Virus record (IMG/VR): IMGVR_UViG_3300045988_140849
DNA from: a virus
Taxonomy: Duplodnaviria > Heunggongvirae > Uroviricota > Caudoviricetes
Direction: 5' to 3' (one strand)
Length of the DNA stretch: 19,895 nucleotides
This document shows, piece after piece, positions 16,956 through 19,895 of this stretch. Made by a program: the position numbers and the translations under genes. Within the stretch, counting starts at the first letter, position 1. Every line of letters starts with the position of its first letter. The notes under the pieces are model-generated. The model saw only the letters and a program-made list of their open reading frames with translations. It searched no databases and was not told where the DNA came from.

Positions 16956-17452
16956 TGCCGGTAATTAACACGCATCAGAATATCGCCGCCTTTCTCGACA
17001 TGCTGGCCGTGTCCGAAGGGACGGCGAATCATCCGCTGACGAAAAACCGGGGCTATGACGTGATAGTCACCGGACTGGACGGAAAGCCGGAAATTTTCAC
17101 CGACTACAGTGACCACCCGTTCGCACATGGCCGACCAGCGAAGGTGTTTAACCGTCGCGGTGAAAAATCCACGGCCTCCGGTCGCTATCAGCAGCTTTAC
17201 CTGTTCTGGCCGCACTACCGTAAACAGCTTGCCCTGCCTGATTTCAGTCCGTTGTCACAGGACAGACTCGCCATTCAGTTGATCCGCGAACGCGGTGCAC
17301 TGGATGACATCCGGGCGGGACGCATTGAGCGCGCCTTTTCACGCTGTCGCAATATCTGGGCGTCCCTGCCGGGTGCCGGTTACGGTCAGCGTGAGCATTC
17401 ACTGGAAAAACTGGTCACCGTCTGGCGTACCGCTGGCGGCGTACCGGCTTAA
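16955..17452 (+). CDS. K: endolysin K, lambda R-like lytic transglycosylase (165 aa)
   Basis: Motifs FLDMLAVSEGT, GYDVIVTG, FTDYSDHP, NIWASLPGAGYGQREH resemble lambda R family lysozymes; start overlaps the Y stop. Confidence 0.9.
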   Translation: MPVINTHQNIAAFLDMLAVSEGTANHPLTKNRGYDVIVTGLDGKPEIFTDYSDHPFAHGRPAKVFNRRGEKSTASGRYQQLYLFWPHYRKQLALPDFSPLSQDRLAIQLIRERGALDDIRAGRIERAFSRCRNIWASLPGAGYGQREHSLEKLVTVWRTAGGVPA

Positions 17453-17466
17453 ACGGAGTAAACACC

Positions 17467-17892
17467 ATGAAGAAATTATCCCTTTCACTGATGCTGAACG
17501 TGTCGCTGGCGCTGATGCTGGCACTGTCCCTGATTTACCCGCAGAGCGTGGCCGTCAATTTTGTCGCCGCCTGGGCGATTCTGGCGACGGTTATCTGTGT
17601 GGTTGCCGGTGGTGTCGGCGTGTATGCCACTGAGTATGTGCTGGAACGCTACGGGCGGGAGCTGCCGCCGGAATCGCTGGCCGTGAAGATTGTCGCGTCG
17701 CTGTTTTTGCAGCCGGTGCCGTGGCGCAGACGGGCGGCGGCTCTGGTGGTGATGGTGGCGACGTTTATCTCGCTGGTCGCTACCGGGTGGATTTTTACCG
17801 CGCTGATTTACCTCGTGGCGTCGGTGTTCTTCCGGCTGATACGTACGGCCTGTCGTCAGCGTTTTGAGGGGCGGGAACCATGTCAAAGCTGA
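17467..17892 (+). CDS. lysA: lysis timing membrane protein LysA (141 aa)
   Basis: Multi-pass hydrophobic protein after the endolysin; size and position match P2 LysA. Confidence 0.85.
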   Translation: MKKLSLSLMLNVSLALMLALSLIYPQSVAVNFVAAWAILATVICVVAGGVGVYATEYVLERYGRELPPESLAVKIVASLFLQPVPWRRRAAALVVMVATFISLVATGWIFTALIYLVASVFFRLIRTACRQRFEGREPCQS

Positions 17893-18305
17893 TGATTGTG
17901 CTGGTTGTGTTGTTATCACTGGCGGTGGCCGGTCTGTTTCTGGCGAAGCATGAAAACGCCAGCCTGCGCACCTCACTGGACAGGGCGAACAGCGTCGCCA
18001 GCGGGCAGCAGACGACCATCACCATGCTGAAAAATCAGCTTCATGTTGCGCTCACCAGGGCAGAAAAAAACGAGCTGGCGCAGGTGGCACTGCGTCAGGA
18101 ACTGGAGAACGCCGCGAAGCGTGAAGCACAGCGCGAGAAAACCATCACGAGGTTACTCAATGAAAACGAAGATTTTCGCCGCTGGTACGGTGCTGACCTG
18201 CCTGATGCTGTGCGCCGGTTGCACCAGCGCCCGGCCTGCGCAGACGCCAGTGATTGTCCACAACGCCTGCCCGAAAGTGAGTCTTTGCCCGATGCCGGGC
18301 AGTGA
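17880..18305 (+). CDS. lysB: Rz-like spanin LysB (141 aa)
   Basis: N-terminal transmembrane helix (LMIVLVVLLSLAVAGLFLA) followed by a charged coiled-coil-like region. Confidence 0.85.
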   Translation: MSKLMIVLVVLLSLAVAGLFLAKHENASLRTSLDRANSVASGQQTTITMLKNQLHVALTRAEKNELAQVALRQELENAAKREAQREKTITRLLNENEDFRRWYGADLPDAVRRLHQRPACADASDCPQRLPESESLPDAGQ

Positions 18306-18450
18306 CCCGCAGAAGAACGGCGATTTAAGTGCCGATATCCGGCAGCTTGAGAACGCGCTGGCACGCTGTGCCAGCCAGGTAAAAATGATTAAACACTGTC
18401 AGGACGAAAACGATGCTCAAACCCGACAGCCTGCGCAGGGCGCTGACTGA
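18160..18450 (+). CDS. lysC: Rz1-like outer-membrane lipoprotein LysC (96 aa), partly nested in lysB in another frame
   Basis: Internal ATG at 18160 gives MKTKIFAAGTVLTCLMLCAGC, a lipoprotein signal; the gene starts inside lysB and extends beyond it, as in P2. Confidence 0.75.
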   Translation: MKTKIFAAGTVLTCLMLCAGCTSARPAQTPVIVHNACPKVSLCPMPGSDPQKNGDLSADIRQLENALARCASQVKMIKHCQDENDAQTRQPAQGAD

Positions 18451-18880
18451 TGCCGTCACGGTGCTGAAAACTAACCCCGATATGCTTCGGATATTCGTGG
18501 ATAACGGGAGTATTGCCTCCACACTGGCGACGTCGCTGTCATTCGAAAAGCGTTACACGCTCAATGTCATTGTGACCGATTTTACCGGTGATTTTGACCT
18601 GCTCATCGTGCCGGTGCTGGCGTGGCTGCGGGAAAATCAGCCCGACATCATGACCACCGACGAAGGCCAGAAAAAAGGCTTCACGTTTTATGCAGACATC
18701 AACAATGACAGCAGCTTTGATATCAGTATCAGCCTGATGCTGACCGAACGCACGCTGGTCAGTGAGGTGGGCGGCGCGCTGCATGTGAAGAATATCCCGG
18801 AACCCCCGCCGCCGGAGCCGGTCACCCGCCCGATGGAGCTTTATATCAATGGCGAACTGGTGAGTAAGTGGGATGAATGA
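18413..18880 (+). CDS. R: tail completion protein R (155 aa)
   Basis: Size and position match P2 R. Confidence 0.85.
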   Translation: MLKPDSLRRALTDAVTVLKTNPDMLRIFVDNGSIASTLATSLSFEKRYTLNVIVTDFTGDFDLLIVPVLAWLRENQPDIMTTDEGQKKGFTFYADINNDSSFDISISLMLTERTLVSEVGGALHVKNIPEPPPPEPVTRPMELYINGELVSKWDE

Positions 18881-19325
18881 GTTTAAGCGTTTTGAAGACC
18901 GGCTGACCGGGCTGATTGAATCGCTGTCACCGTCAGGGCGTCGGCGACTGAGCGCCGAACTGGCGAAACGTCTGCGTCAGAGTCAGCAGCGTCGGGTGAT
19001 GGCACAGAAAGCCCCGGACGGCACCCCCTACGCGCCACGTCAGCAGCAGAGCGCCAGAAAAAAGACCGGTCGCGTTAAGCGAAAAATGTTTGCGAAACTT
19101 ATTACCAGTCGTTTTTTGCATATCCGCGCCAGCCCGGAACAGGCATCAATGGAATTTTACGGCGGGAAGTCGCCGAAAATCGCCAGTGTGCATCAGTTCG
19201 GTCTGTCGGAAGAAAACCGGAAAGACGGTAAGAAAATTGATTATCCGGCGCGTCCTCTGCTCGGCTTTACCGGTGAGGATGTGCAGATGATTGAAGAGAT
19301 TATCCTGGCTCACCTTGAGCGTTAG
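18873..19325 (+). CDS. S: tail completion protein S (150 aa)
   Basis: ATG at 18873 overlapping the R stop; size and position match P2 S. Confidence 0.85.
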   Translation: MNEFKRFEDRLTGLIESLSPSGRRRLSAELAKRLRQSQQRRVMAQKAPDGTPYAPRQQQSARKKTGRVKRKMFAKLITSRFLHIRASPEQASMEFYGGKSPKIASVHQFGLSEENRKDGKKIDYPARPLLGFTGEDVQMIEEIILAHLER

Positions 19326-19356
19326 TTTTATCCAGGCAGAGGCTGATGCGCAATTA

Positions 19357-19389
19357 AACATTGAGCGGCCATGCTGGTCGCTCAATGTT
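19357..19389. terminator. hairpin between convergent S and the downstream minus-strand gene
   Basis: aacattgagcg (19357..19367) and cgctcaatgtt (19379..19389) are a perfect 11-bp inverted repeat with an 11-nt loop, sitting between convergent genes. There is no strong T-run, so confidence is moderate. Confidence 0.5.
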
Positions 19390-19396
19390 TAGAGGC

Positions 19397-19895
19397 TTAT
19401 GAGTGATTTTTATTTGATGCTTTGTATTCTACAACCTTCTTATTGGCGTAAAGGAATTTTGTATATGACAGGAATATAACCAGACCTGAAATGAAATAGA
19501 TGAGGGATATTATTAATAATGCTTTTTTTTGGCTGTTATTATCTTTAATTTCCTGACTTAACCATTCCGAGTCCTCCTCGTTTAGCTGTAAGAGCTTATT
19601 GCAGGCGATCTCAGGAAGTGTGTCTTTTATAAATATGTTTCGTAGCCTCTTGCAATCGGCAAGGCTATAAGTTTTATTGAATTCAACTGTTTTATTGTTG
19701 AAGGATAAAAGAACTTTGTCACTATAAACATAGTACATCATATTTTTATATGGTATGCCTATGGCATCTCTTACTATAGCGGATTGTTTGTTGTGTATAT
19801 AACATGCGAAGAGAATATAAATAATGCTGGACAGAATTACAATTATTGTTTTAATTATGTGTGGTGGTTTTGTTATGTCACCCCAGAAGCGAGTA
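19397..19895 (-). CDS. AT-rich membrane protein at the P2 orf30 position, 5-prime partial (runs off the window)
   Basis: The 114-codon ORF from the ATG at 19741 has a transmembrane segment (ALLIISLIYFISGLVIFLSY). The same frame stays open for 51 more codons to the window edge and encodes another hydrophobic stretch (IIKTIIVILSSIIYILFACYI), so the true start may lie beyond 19895. Confidence 0.5.
   Translation of the reverse strand, partial: TRFWGDITKPPHIIKTIIVILSSIIYILFACYIHNKQSAIVRDAIGIPYKNMMYYVYSDKVLLSFNNKTVEFNKTYSLADCKRLRNIFIKDTLPEIACNKLLQLNEEDSEWLSQEIKDNNSQKKALLIISLIYFISGLVIFLSYTKFLYANKKVVEYKASNKNHS

Noticed and set aside
14070-18364. Antisense and alternative-frame ORFs across the late genes (for example 14070..14294, 15262..15861, 16153..16563, 17485..17976, 18095..18364)
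   Set aside because: All are embedded in well-supported structural or lysis genes; only lysC has the expected nested-gene features.

Overview
The window holds an IS5 insertion (5..1200, CTAA target duplication) and a small AT-rich lipoprotein gene, followed by the left ~18 kb of an apparently intact P2-like prophage. The prophage runs from the att core (1894..1920) through int, C, cox, B, four small early ORFs and replication gene A, then cos and the late genes Q, P / O, N, M, L, X, Y, K, lysA, lysB, lysC, R, S. Gene calls rest on gene order, protein sizes and motifs recalled for phage P2; no database search was run. The main candidate for a new system is a low-GC single-gene locus (CDS 7974..9806, 610 aa) sitting between A and cos, where P2 itself carries tin/old. 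The protein lacks an Old-type Walker A motif and has a C-terminal R-x4-H motif (RHKLAH, 9663..9680) consistent with a HEPN-type RNase, so it is a candidate single-gene anti-phage (abortive infection) effector. A second AT-rich accessory locus starts after gene S (P2 orf30 position) and encodes a membrane protein cut off by the window edge. GC estimates are by eye from sampled lines.
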